From assembly GCA_003345545.1 (NCBI GenBank), contig PRDH01000044.1, positions 1 to 64,000 on the forward strand: a stretch of 64,000 nucleotides of DNA, written 5' to 3'. Position 1 is the first letter of the stretch. The number at the start of each line of letters is the position of its first letter. This document shows, one piece after another, positions 48,389 to 57,284 of the stretch. Origin of the DNA: Candidatus Thorarchaeota archaeon. GTDB lineage: Archaea; Asgardarchaeota; Thorarchaeia; Thorarchaeales; Thorarchaeaceae. Under the pieces are notes generated by a model that saw only the letters and a program-made list of their open reading frames with translations, did no database searches and was not told the DNA's origin. The translations under genes and the position numbers were made by a program.

Positions 48389-49306
48389 GCTCTGAGAGCG
48401 ATCACTAGATGCAACGTCAGTGAGCACAGCGGCAACTCCCAACAGAATGATGGTGAAGCCGATGAGTACTGCAGGCGAGGGAATACGATTGAGAAAAACC
48501 ATAGCCAAGATGGTAGCTCCTACTGGCTCACCAAGAACAGCAGATGATACCACGTATGCAGGTACTTTTGTGAGTAGGTAGTTGTTGACTGAGTGTCCGA
48601 GCACGGTTGGGAAAACAGCCAGTGCTATGAATATCAGGACCTCAGATGGCTCGAAAACTAATACGTTGTATCCACTTAGAATGCACAGGCCCAGAGTCGT
48701 GATTGCCGCAGCAAGATAGACAATGGAAGTGTAGACGGTAATTGGCACTCCTCGGGCGTATCTTCTTCCGCCTATGAAGTAGATTGCAAGGAATACGGCA
48801 CCAGCAAGTGCCAGAAGGTCGCCGGTCAATGCGCCCAAATCTAGACCATCATAGTCGACCCATGCCAAGAAGATGGCTCCAGTAACGGCTACTAGAATGC
48901 CAATCCATGAACGTCTCCGCAGAGATTCACCTAGGAAGAGCGTAGAGAGAATGGCAACGAAGATTGGAGATGAATCCACAAGAACTACACTTGCAGAAAT
49001 AGATGTCATCTCGAGCGATTGAAACCAAGTCGAGAAATGTAGGGAGAGAATGACACCGATTCCAACAAGCCACGGCCAAGTTCCACGTATTTGTGGTCCT
49101 TTCAGCGCAGCGAGGTCGCCTCTGACAACTCCGATAGCAGCCATAAAGAGAGATCCATATAGTGTTCTCCAAAACACCTTCACAAGGGAAGGAGATGTGC
49201 TCACCGTAATCAAGATACTGGCGCTCGATACCATCGAAACGGAGAGTATCAACAGTAGCACCACTCTGGCTCCACTTATCGATTCATCGATGTTCGATGT
49301 TGGCAT
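48329..49306 (-). CDS. EamA/DMT family transporter
   Basis: Ten TM helices in two repeats; LHFSTWF, GDLLAL, GEPVGA. Its 3' end overlaps the convergent rtcB. Confidence 0.88.
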   Translation of the reverse strand: MPTSNIDESISGARVVLLLILSVSMVSSASILITVSTSPSLVKVFWRTLYGSLFMAAIGVVRGDLAALKGPQIRGTWPWLVGIGVILSLHFSTWFQSLEMTSISASVVLVDSSPIFVAILSTLFLGESLRRRSWIGILVAVTGAIFLAWVDYDGLDLGALTGDLLALAGAVFLAIYFIGGRRYARGVPITVYTSIVYLAAAITTLGLCILSGYNVLVFEPSEVLIFIALAVFPTVLGHSVNNYLLTKVPAYVVSSAVLGEPVGATILAMVFLNRIPSPAVLIGFTIILLGVAAVLTDVASSDRSQSLSLDDTDRSQSDCLGCDSD

Positions 49307-49310
49307 TGTG

Positions 49311-49811
49311 CTACACCACAGGATTACGGCCCGTATGGCCACATGCAATGCAACGAGTCTTATCCTCTAGGACTTCTGCCACTTGGCTGTCACAGGCCGT
49401 ACACTTTTGGACTATCAAGTTCTCAGCATCAAAGGAGCGAAGAACCTGATCTACCTCTTTCAAAGACTCATATCTGAAAAGCACTTTTCCCTCAGCCCCT
49501 AGCACCATCTTGGACACTCGTTCAGAATTGGATTGGAGAAACATTAGCACAGGTTTCATCAGTCCGATGGCCAGCATAATCTCCATCCCAACTCCAAGCG
49601 ATGGACTTGAAACCTCAGCGATAAGCAAATCACACATCCTGACATGCTCAACATCGCGTCTGTAGATAAGATTAGGTTCACGTGCTGCCAAGAGTTGCGG
49701 TGCGAAGACTGTAACACCATTGTCCTCCATTGCTCCTATCACAGTGGAACAGAAATCATCCTTGCGCAGAGTGTCATGAATGATAGGTGCGGAGAGATAT
49801 ACCAAAACCAT
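49311..49811 (-). CDS. Nucleoside 2-deoxyribosyltransferase-like protein with C-terminal Zn ribbon
   Basis: VYLSAP, IYRRD, IAEVSSPSLGVGME, KPV, SKM; CTAC...CIAC. Confidence 0.8.
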   Translation of the reverse strand: MVLVYLSAPIIHDTLRKDDFCSTVIGAMEDNGVTVFAPQLLAAREPNLIYRRDVEHVRMCDLLIAEVSSPSLGVGMEIMLAIGLMKPVLMFLQSNSERVSKMVLGAEGKVLFRYESLKEVDQVLRSFDAENLIVQKCTACDSQVAEVLEDKTRCIACGHTGRNPVV

Positions 49812-49843
49812 ACCAGCACGGCTCCGTGGATTCCTGTTATGCT

Positions 49844-50203
49844 CTACTCTTCCGATATGGTAGACTCCTTTGAAGCACCCAACTCAGTGATAGATGGAAC
49901 TGAGCCATCATCTTCGAGCAGTTCGTACTTTCCTGAGCGACCCAATGAGAGCTGTACTTTTCCCTGCCACTCCTTTGCCCAACCGTCTTCGATCTTTATC
50001 ACCATTCCTGCAGACAGGTCATTGCCTTCATTGAAGCCCCAGAGAGAGAGGATTGCAGAACCAGAATCATCAGCCACAAGTACTTCCTTTAGCATCGTCT
50101 TGCGTCCTGCCCGTGTCTGAATCATTCTGGCCGGCGCCACAGATATCACTCTGACGATTAGATTTGAGATGTTCTTTCCTGGCTCAACTTCCACTAACTT
50201 CAC
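49844..50203 (-). CDS. Single OB-fold ssDNA-binding protein (crenarchaeal SSB/RPA-like)
   Basis: VADDSGSAILSLW, GMVIKIEDGWAKEWQGKVQLSLGR. Confidence 0.85.
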   Translation of the reverse strand: MKLVEVEPGKNISNLIVRVISVAPARMIQTRAGRKTMLKEVLVADDSGSAILSLWGFNEGNDLSAGMVIKIEDGWAKEWQGKVQLSLGRSGKYELLEDDGSVPSITELGASKESTISEE

Positions 50204-50268
50204 GAGAACTCACACTATTGGCTTACTCAAACCTCTAAATCAGTCTATCGCCAAGACAATAGCTGTGG

Positions 50269-52167
50269 CTATCTCTTGTCTTCGCCGGAGTCAACAGAAT
50301 CTAACAGACGATCTAGCTCGTCGAGCGTCTCATCATCGATAGGCAGGTCTTTTTTCTTTTCGTTGTCATCCTTGGACCCTTCAGACTTGGCTCCGCCCGC
50401 AGTGAGATCCAAAGGACCTAGAATCGATTCAAGCTCCTTGAGAGACTCTTCATCAATCTCGAAGCGAGTTTCCGACTCGCCTCGAGTGGAAACGGCTTCA
50501 TCGCTCTTGAATGCCTCAAGAGCCTTATCGATCTCAGTATGCGGAACAAGATCAATCTCTGCAGAGATGAAATCATCGGCCTGGAGTGCCTCGAAGATAA
50601 TATCCTTAGCCAATTTGACATCTCCATTGTCCTCTTCGATGACGGGCTCAATAGTAGGCACATCCTCTGCTGGCTCTGTTTCCTTGGGAGTATCAATTGT
50701 TGGTGAAGGTGCCACTTCCTCGATTTCAGAGGAGATTTCAGAGCGTTCCATGGAGAGCTCCAATTCCTCGAGGAGCATGGGTTTGGGCACTCTCTCTTCG
50801 GTCGGTTCAGATTCATTCTGAGCAACTGCATCCTCAAGAGCCTCAATGGACTCTGTTGTGTCACGCAATGCTCGGTCTTCTATGAGTTCAGACTCACGAT
50901 GTATCAATTGCTCATCCGAGAATTCAACATCAAGAGCTTGTGATTCCATTGCTTCTCCGGGTTCTGAGATAGGGATGTCTGCTTCCTCTTCTTTTGGCTC
51001 TGCAGTCAAAGCCACATCTGACTGCTCTGATGTTGCGGTTTCTTCCTCTTCTGCTTCATCAATGGATCCTTCGTCAACCTCTTCGATGACTTCCTCTACG
51101 ACCTCATAGTCGTCGGGATTCTCGACAACATGACCACTCTCATCAACTAAGACCTCCTCAACGACCTCAATGGCTTCATACTCACCCTCTTCGCCGGCTT
51201 CTTTGAGTTCTGCGGCCTCGCGCCTCTGAGCCATTGCATCGGTTTCTGCGATTGCCTCTTCAGTCGCTGTAGCCGTAAACTTCAGCAGCTCTGATGCAGG
51301 AAGGTCTGGCAGTGCCACTCCAACATATTGAGCCGCAGCAGTCATTAGTATCCCGAGCATCTCGTCGCGTCTTGCTTTGTCGATTGCTACCATTGGATAG
51401 GTAGGAATTCCAAGAATCTTCTGCACGACTTCGGGCCTCATGGCGTTTGGCTTGTCCTGTTTGTTGGCCAGAGCAAAGACAGGGACCTTGGGAGCATCTC
51501 GTTTGATGAGCTTGAGAATGTCCTTACTGATTATGACGTTACGAAGGGCAGAGTCACAGACTAGGAATATCACATCCGCTCCATGGAAATAGAACCGCCA
51601 CAGCATTCGAAAACGTTCCTGTCCCGCAAAATCCCAGAGGACAAGGCTATAGTTCCCGAATCTGATGTTCTCAACTGTTTCGAGATTGAGTGCAATGGTT
51701 GGCACGTACTGCAGTGGGGGTGTGTCACCAAGCAGAAGATGGAGTGTCGTGGTCTTTCCTACACCACCTTCGCCCACAAGAGCAATTTTGAGTCGAGTAG
51801 TCACTGATGGTTCGATAATCTTCGCATACCTTTCGCGGATTGATTCGAAGCCAAACTTTGCGAGGTCCTTCCTCAACGTCTTTGAAGCAGCCGCGACCTT
51901 GTCAAATATGGCACTTTCACTCTCGCCCTTGTCTGTAACAAATAGAAGGAGTATGTCTGAGACTGGTTCTGCTCCATGGAACTTGTGTTCACCAATAACG
52001 AGTGCCAGATTGTTGAGATCAGTTTCGTCGCTCCCTTCGGAGAGCAGTTCCTCCCTAGTCTTGACATACTCTTCAAGAGTCTCTTGCGACACCTCCACGG
52101 GCCAATACCTGGTTGATGCAAGCACTCTTCTTGTCGAGAGTCGTATAAGGAAGGTGTTGTGAATCAA
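50269..52167 (-). CDS. Longin-like domain, Arf/Rab-like small GTPase and long acidic tail
   Basis: N-terminal MIHNTFLI...LLLFVTD; GEGGVGKT, YVPTI, WDFAGQERF, NKQD; more than 300 aa of E/D-rich C-terminus. Confidence 0.85.
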   Translation of the reverse strand: MIHNTFLIRLSTRRVLASTRYWPVEVSQETLEEYVKTREELLSEGSDETDLNNLALVIGEHKFHGAEPVSDILLLFVTDKGESESAIFDKVAAASKTLRKDLAKFGFESIRERYAKIIEPSVTTRLKIALVGEGGVGKTTTLHLLLGDTPPLQYVPTIALNLETVENIRFGNYSLVLWDFAGQERFRMLWRFYFHGADVIFLVCDSALRNVIISKDILKLIKRDAPKVPVFALANKQDKPNAMRPEVVQKILGIPTYPMVAIDKARRDEMLGILMTAAAQYVGVALPDLPASELLKFTATATEEAIAETDAMAQRREAAELKEAGEEGEYEAIEVVEEVLVDESGHVVENPDDYEVVEEVIEEVDEGSIDEAEEEETATSEQSDVALTAEPKEEEADIPISEPGEAMESQALDVEFSDEQLIHRESELIEDRALRDTTESIEALEDAVAQNESEPTEERVPKPMLLEELELSMERSEISSEIEEVAPSPTIDTPKETEPAEDVPTIEPVIEEDNGDVKLAKDIIFEALQADDFISAEIDLVPHTEIDKALEAFKSDEAVSTRGESETRFEIDEESLKELESILGPLDLTAGGAKSEGSKDDNEKKKDLPIDDETLDELDRLLDSVDSGEDKR

Positions 52168-52294
52168 GGCTACCTCACCAGTGTACGTAGTGGTTTGTGT
52201 GGTATGCTAGGGAAGCTCACGCAACATGAAGTAAGGTAGTATTGTCTTGATTAACTTGTTTTGTGTGTGTACAACTACAATATGCAGCATGACA

Positions 52295-52492
52295 AGGTTA
52301 GATGTTGGGGTTCAAAGAACCCCGAACATCCGTTGGAGCGTGTTCTTCGACCGGGGGCGGTAAAATTCGTTTATGCGCAAGAACAGTGCAGTAATCACTG
52401 CAATTAGGGACTAGAACTCGTGGGACCGTGTATTGCGAGTTCCTGACGGGGGAAGACCGCCACCCGTTTGAAGTTCACACTACAGCAGACCT
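52295..52492 (+). ncRNA. Candidate ~200-nt multi-helix ncRNA (unknown family)
   Basis: 13-bp hairpin 52301-52330; long interrupted stem 52332-52361/52456-52486 enclosing hairpins 52387-52402 and 52414-52442; G-U pairs favour the plus strand. Confidence 0.55.
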
Positions 52493-52568
52493 CGAATCGC
52501 CATAAGAAGCTTTCTGGTTCACCAAAAAAGGATAGTTATTTTCATTTTGTTGAATCGAGGTGTGATAG

Positions 52569-52604
52569 GTCTTTTTTCTTGTAATATTCATAAGAAAAAA
52601 AGAC
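52569..52604. terminator. AT-rich inverted repeat, possible bidirectional terminator
   Basis: gtcttttttctt...aagaaaaaaagac gives T-tracts on both strands, between the candidate ncRNA (+) and the convergent gene (-). Confidence 0.55.
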
Positions 52605-52638
52605 ACAATTGTATGATACGGAACATGATGATTGTCAA

Positions 52639-53778
52639 TCAGCGGGGGAAGTTGTCTCGCAGAAGACGAAGGTGTTGATGGACCATCTCCATTGCCTTTG
52701 GATCATCAGGAGTCTTTTCGAGATCCGTCACCAGCGTCTGCAAGAAATACTCGGGGAAGAATAGTCTTACACGAATGTCATTAAGCAGGAATAGCCACTT
52801 GTCATATTCGCCTGAGGCACCCTTTCTGCGTTTTTCTGCGACTACCCTGAACTTCTTGAGGGTTTGGATTGCCTCCTTAAGCTCCTTCGGAGGAATGCCC
52901 AGCGTGGCCTCCAGTTCAGAGATATTTGCCGGGCGTCTTCTGAGTTCGCTGAGTGTATCATAACAGTCAGGATCTGCCAGGACTTGAGCGACTGATACAG
53001 TGTCTTCAGGGGTCTTTTGCCACTCCGTCAGGAATTCCAATACTTCTGACTTATACTCCGCCGCAAGCTCAGGATCCAAAACTCCACTAGCGGACTCCAT
53101 CGCCACGAGGGGCGGGGCTCTGAAGATTTCAAGGTCCTTTATCATGAAGACACACGTTCGACCAATCTCATCGACCCATTCCGTCTTTACTAGACCAAGT
53201 TCCTCAAAGGGGGCGATGATGGAGTCAATACTAACACTCGGAAGACCTGTGACCATCTTCAACCATTCTTCAAGTTCTTCTTTTGAGATACCACCTTTCC
53301 AGAGCTTGGGAAATACAGCCCGAGAAACCTCATCAGAGAACAATCGTGCCAGACGAGACTCATCAGTCATCCCAGCAAGTCTGATGATACGTCGGTATGT
53401 GTTGTCTAGCTCATCCTGAAGCTCTGCATCAGTCAATGCAACGACAGCATTTGTCAGAGGAGTCACAATCGACGTGATAGCAGCCTCATACATCTTCGGG
53501 TCTTCCGAAGGCGTCAGCAAAAGGGATACACAGTATTGCTCTTCCTCTCTCACTATTCCAGTATAATACGAAGCAACACCATATTCCTCACCGCCAATTC
53601 GGATACTGAGTGATGAAAATCCGGCTGTGGCATCACCCATGGCGTGAGACGTGAAGATACGCATTATCTCTGTATTAAGATCTTCACGGTAGTAGTCAGC
53701 AAAATCTGCAGGTACCTTCGCCTTCAGAACTGCTCCTATCTTTGAGTCCCAATCTATAAGCAGCATCGCTACGGGCAT
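52639..53778 (-). CDS. uDENN/longin-like protein with C-terminal winged helices
   Basis: N-terminus MPVAMLLIDWDSKIGAVLKAKVP...VASYY...VSLLL...EDP; wHTH-like ISELEATLGIPPKELKEAIQTLKKFRVV. The ATG at 53778 is preferred. Confidence 0.65.
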   Translation of the reverse strand: MPVAMLLIDWDSKIGAVLKAKVPADFADYYREDLNTEIMRIFTSHAMGDATAGFSSLSIRIGGEEYGVASYYTGIVREEEQYCVSLLLTPSEDPKMYEAAITSIVTPLTNAVVALTDAELQDELDNTYRRIIRLAGMTDESRLARLFSDEVSRAVFPKLWKGGISKEELEEWLKMVTGLPSVSIDSIIAPFEELGLVKTEWVDEIGRTCVFMIKDLEIFRAPPLVAMESASGVLDPELAAEYKSEVLEFLTEWQKTPEDTVSVAQVLADPDCYDTLSELRRRPANISELEATLGIPPKELKEAIQTLKKFRVVAEKRRKGASGEYDKWLFLLNDIRVRLFFPEYFLQTLVTDLEKTPDDPKAMEMVHQHLRLLRDNFPR

Positions 53779-53923
53779 TTCGCTTGTCTCCCAGTCCCTG
53801 GGGTTTGTTCCGCATAGAGCCAGAGCATGTACGGTTCCGGTAGTCACATATTAAAACCTTGTCACTAGTCGATTCGCAACCGTAATATCCTGGTATATAC
53901 AGCGCCTTAGGGGCTTAGGTATA

Positions 53924-54610
53924 TCATTCTTGTGATTGATTCTCCCTGCATTTGACTGTCTGTATTATCTCGCTGTGTATCTCAGCTACAACTGCATCGA
54001 GTGAATTCCCAGCATTAACGATTCTGAAGTTCCCACTGTCATGCTTCGCGATTTCAAGATACGCTTGGCGTACCTTCACAAGCCTGTCCAGCCGTTCGAA
54101 TTGTAGGTTTGCCCTATTCTCGCGCTTCGTTGCTCGAGCAAGTCCGACCTCGGCATCAACATCCAAGATGAAAACCACATCAGGTTCAGGAGCATGTATA
54201 TCCTCGCGATTCCTTCGCAGTATCTCCTGCCAAGGAACTCCAGTCGCTCCCGATTGATATGCACCAGTTGCAAAGAAATAGCGATCCATCAATACAAGTC
54301 TGCCAGAATCGAGGGCGGGAATTATGCGATTTTGAACATTCCATTCACGGTCTCTGATGAAAAGCTCAAGCTCTTCAGAAGGCGACAGTTCTCCTCGAGG
54401 AGACCTTGCTCTGATCTCCTTCCCCCACTGACTCTCGTTTGTAGGCTCTCTGAGCTGCAACACGTCGTAGCCTTCTTTTGTAAGACGTCTCTTGAGCCGA
54501 GAACATGCACAAGACTTGCCAGAGCCATCTATTCCCTCAAGAACGAAGAGAAATCCTCGAGGATCTCGACCAATTCTGCCTATCAAGCAATGAGTTCTCC
54601 TAGACGTCAT
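53924..54610 (-). CDS. tmk: Thymidylate kinase
   Basis: EGIDGSGKS, REP, DRYF...AYQ, PDVVFILD. True start is probably slightly downstream. Confidence 0.93.
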   Translation of the reverse strand: MTSRRTHCLIGRIGRDPRGFLFVLEGIDGSGKSCACSRLKRRLTKEGYDVLQLREPTNESQWGKEIRARSPRGELSPSEELELFIRDREWNVQNRIIPALDSGRLVLMDRYFFATGAYQSGATGVPWQEILRRNREDIHAPEPDVVFILDVDAEVGLARATKRENRANLQFERLDRLVKVRQAYLEIAKHDSGNFRIVNAGNSLDAVVAEIHSEIIQTVKCRENQSQE

Positions 54611-54737
54611 CTGGAATCCATCGAAATCTGCGCTGTTTTAGATTCTTCGGTCATGAATCACATGCTCAGATTCTATGAGAGCAATTCTTAAATTCGACAT
54701 GTTGTAGGATATGTTATCCTATCCAGTGTGATATAAA

Positions 54738-55250
54738 ATGACTGAGAAACCCGGACGAGCAATTGTACTTGTCATGGCAATCATTCTAGCCGCACTTCCA
54801 TTAGCTCCTGCGCTGCAGACGAAACTTCCAGCATCGTTGCCAGCTTCAGACATCACGCTCAGGATCGACTTTGGCAATGGAACGACTGTGACATTCAATG
54901 GACTAAATGGAACGACGGTTCTAAATGTGACCGATTCGGTAGTTGATGTAGAAACAAACTGGGCAGGGAACCTTGCCTATGTTGTTTCGATTGATGGCGT
55001 CAGTCAAGATCAGAATCATTGGTGGCAGTATTGGGTGAATGGGAACTATGCCTCTGTTGCAGCAAATTGGTATAGTCTCCAAGATGGTGACTCCGTTCTA
55101 TGGAATCGCACGGCATTCGGTTCTCAGAGCACAACATCAACAGATGTAGATAGTACCCTCATAATAGGTGGCATCCTTCTCGGAGCCGGAGGTTTGGGAT
55201 TCATGCTACTCCTCTACGTGAGGATGTCAAGGAGAGGAACAACAAGATGA
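54738..55250 (+). CDS. DUF4430 / transcobalamin C-terminal-like surface protein
   Basis: Signal peptide; IDFGNG, YVVSIDG, WWQYWVNG, LQDGDSVLW; C-terminal TM. Confidence 0.8.
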   Translation: MTEKPGRAIVLVMAIILAALPLAPALQTKLPASLPASDITLRIDFGNGTTVTFNGLNGTTVLNVTDSVVDVETNWAGNLAYVVSIDGVSQDQNHWWQYWVNGNYASVAANWYSLQDGDSVLWNRTAFGSQSTTSTDVDSTLIIGGILLGAGGLGFMLLLYVRMSRRGTTR

Positions 55251-56014
55251 AGAAACAGGTAATCTTTGCTACTGCAATCTTAGGGTTGATTCTAACGATG
55301 AACATCGGAGGGGAGGCCGCAACTTCTGCGGTTGAAATCTCTCCGGCGATTCAAAGCTCAACGACTGTCAACTGGAGAATAGTACGGGCGCCTCAATATG
55401 CCACCAATGCAGTTTTTTCAAATGGAGGATACTGGCAAGCTGAGGAAGATGGGGTCATGAGCTTTGCAGTGACCGATATGCAGGAAGACATCGCAGGGGA
55501 GCTTAGACTTGGAAATATGACAGTCACTACGAATGATACGATGACTGCCAAAGACCTAACACTTGGAGTCTGGGGAATCGTTGAGTTTTGGCCAGGACTC
55601 TTTATCAAGATAGGTCGTAACGAAGTACAGGAGCTCAATGATACGGCCTATGCCTCGGCCGAGCATGTCGCAGGGAACTATCTCAATGGGACCATGCTCT
55701 CATATTACGACAATCTGACTCTTGATGATATCGAACACGAGTGCATTGTATTCGAGTATCAGCAGGACCCAACAGCCGCAGGTACGCCACAGCACACAAC
55801 ATTGGTCTACAACATATCAACAGGAGTTCTTGTATATGCAAATACAAGCTACTACTTGGGGGAGTCATTCAAACCTTATGTGTTCGAGATAGAATTCCTG
55901 AGCATTGATTACACTGGCACCATGCCGGGCCTATTGATCGGTCTGACGATAGTCATGTTAGTTTCCGTAGCCGCAGTAGCACTCGTCATGATGGAGAAAA
56001 GAAAGATGTTCTAG
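55247..56014 (+). CDS. Secreted, C-terminally anchored hypothetical protein
   Basis: Signal peptide, beta-rich body (YNISTGVLV), C-terminal TM; ATGA overlap with the preceding gene. Confidence 0.7.
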   Translation: MKKQVIFATAILGLILTMNIGGEAATSAVEISPAIQSSTTVNWRIVRAPQYATNAVFSNGGYWQAEEDGVMSFAVTDMQEDIAGELRLGNMTVTTNDTMTAKDLTLGVWGIVEFWPGLFIKIGRNEVQELNDTAYASAEHVAGNYLNGTMLSYYDNLTLDDIEHECIVFEYQQDPTAAGTPQHTTLVYNISTGVLVYANTSYYLGESFKPYVFEIEFLSIDYTGTMPGLLIGLTIVMLVSVAAVALVMMEKRKMF

Positions 56015-56025
56015 AGGATAAGTAG

Positions 56026-56607
56026 ATGGACAATCACACACAACATCATCATCTGAGTCGAAGTCGTTGGGTGGCAGTGACTGCAATAATGGCAGCTCTC
56101 GCCTTGGTAGGTAACTATGCTCTAGTTATGGTGCCGAATGTCGAGCTTGGTTCGACGGTCCTCTTTGTCACGGCATATCTCTTTGGATTGCAGATGGCGG
56201 TATGGTGTGTGTTTCTGGTATCAATCATATTTGCATTCTTCAACCCTTGGGGCCCATTCATTCCTGCAATATGGCTCGCGCAAGTCATAGGGTGGCTCTT
56301 CATGGTGACTGCTGGATGGATGATGGGAAGAACAAGAGAAGGGCAGTGGACTCGTGCGGGAATCTTGGAACTGTCATTTGTGGGAGCTATCGCTACGCTA
56401 TTCTTCGACCTTGTCACTACAATGGGGTACTCATGGTCCTTCTCTGTACCATTTGCCGTAGCACTCATCAGCCTGCTACCATTCACACTGATTCATGTCT
56501 TCTCTAACGCCATTGTATTCCCCTTAGTCGTTCCGAAACTCGATCTGGCACTGAAAAGACCGATTAGCCATATGTTAGGTCCTGAGAGCAATCGGAGCAT
56601 AGAGTAA
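56026..56607 (+). CDS. ECF transporter S-component (CbrT-like, putative cobalamin)
   Basis: Six TM helices; AIMAALA motif, PNVE, HVFSN. Confidence 0.75.
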   Translation: MDNHTQHHHLSRSRWVAVTAIMAALALVGNYALVMVPNVELGSTVLFVTAYLFGLQMAVWCVFLVSIIFAFFNPWGPFIPAIWLAQVIGWLFMVTAGWMMGRTREGQWTRAGILELSFVGAIATLFFDLVTTMGYSWSFSVPFAVALISLLPFTLIHVFSNAIVFPLVVPKLDLALKRPISHMLGPESNRSIE

Positions 56608-56647
56608 AAAGAGATGTCTTCAAAGACAGGATGGAGAGTCGGATAAT

Positions 56648-57277
56648 TTGTCATGGAAGGATGAGTTCATCCGGTTGTCGCAACCGGCAGACGGTAGAGT
56701 TGCACCAGCTTTCAAGCCGTATCACGCCGCTGTGGCGCTCGTTTTGATAGGTAGGGAACAACCCCTCGGTAGATATGAGCTATGCGATAAGATGTCAATT
56801 GGCGAGGGAAGTGCAAGGACACTATTGAAGCGACTCTCAGAGGCCGGCTTGATAGAAGCTGATGGAAAACAGGGTCAGACACTCACTTCCACAGGGAAGT
56901 CACTCTTCAATCAGGTGACAAAGGATGTTCCTATTGGTAGAGTACTGGACATTCGAAGACTCGTAATGTATGAGCATGCCTATGCCAATCTTGTGAAGGC
57001 TCGTGCCCACGTGGTCACGGACGGAATCAGGCAGAGGGATGAGGCAATAATACAGGGAGGGTATGGAAAAGCCGGAGCGACAACATTCATCCAAAAGAGA
57101 GGAGACCTAGTCATGCCTCCGGATGACTATCATGTCCTTCTCGAGTACGAACAGGAAGCACTCTTGCTTATTGAGAGCCTGCGTCCTGAGGATGGGGATG
57201 CGATAGTGGTCGGTTCTGCGGGAGAACCCAATCTTGCGCGCGAGGTATCCATGGCTGCAGTGATGACTCTATTCTGA
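56648..57277 (+). CDS. wHTH protein with DUF2111/DUF4443-like C-terminal domain
   Basis: LGRYELCDKMSIGEGSARTLLKRL, G.TLT..G, GIRQRDEAI..G..GATT. Confidence 0.75.
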   Translation: MSWKDEFIRLSQPADGRVAPAFKPYHAAVALVLIGREQPLGRYELCDKMSIGEGSARTLLKRLSEAGLIEADGKQGQTLTSTGKSLFNQVTKDVPIGRVLDIRRLVMYEHAYANLVKARAHVVTDGIRQRDEAIIQGGYGKAGATTFIQKRGDLVMPPDDYHVLLEYEQEALLLIESLRPEDGDAIVVGSAGEPNLAREVSMAAVMTLF

Positions 57278-57284
57278 GGGTTCA

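Noticed and set aside
52295-52492. Assignment of the structured element to SRP RNA, RNase P RNA, tmRNA or a known riboswitch
   Set aside because: The diagnostic motifs (SRP helix 8, GAGGAAAGUCC, tRNA-like 3' end, B12/FMN/TPP boxes) are not present.
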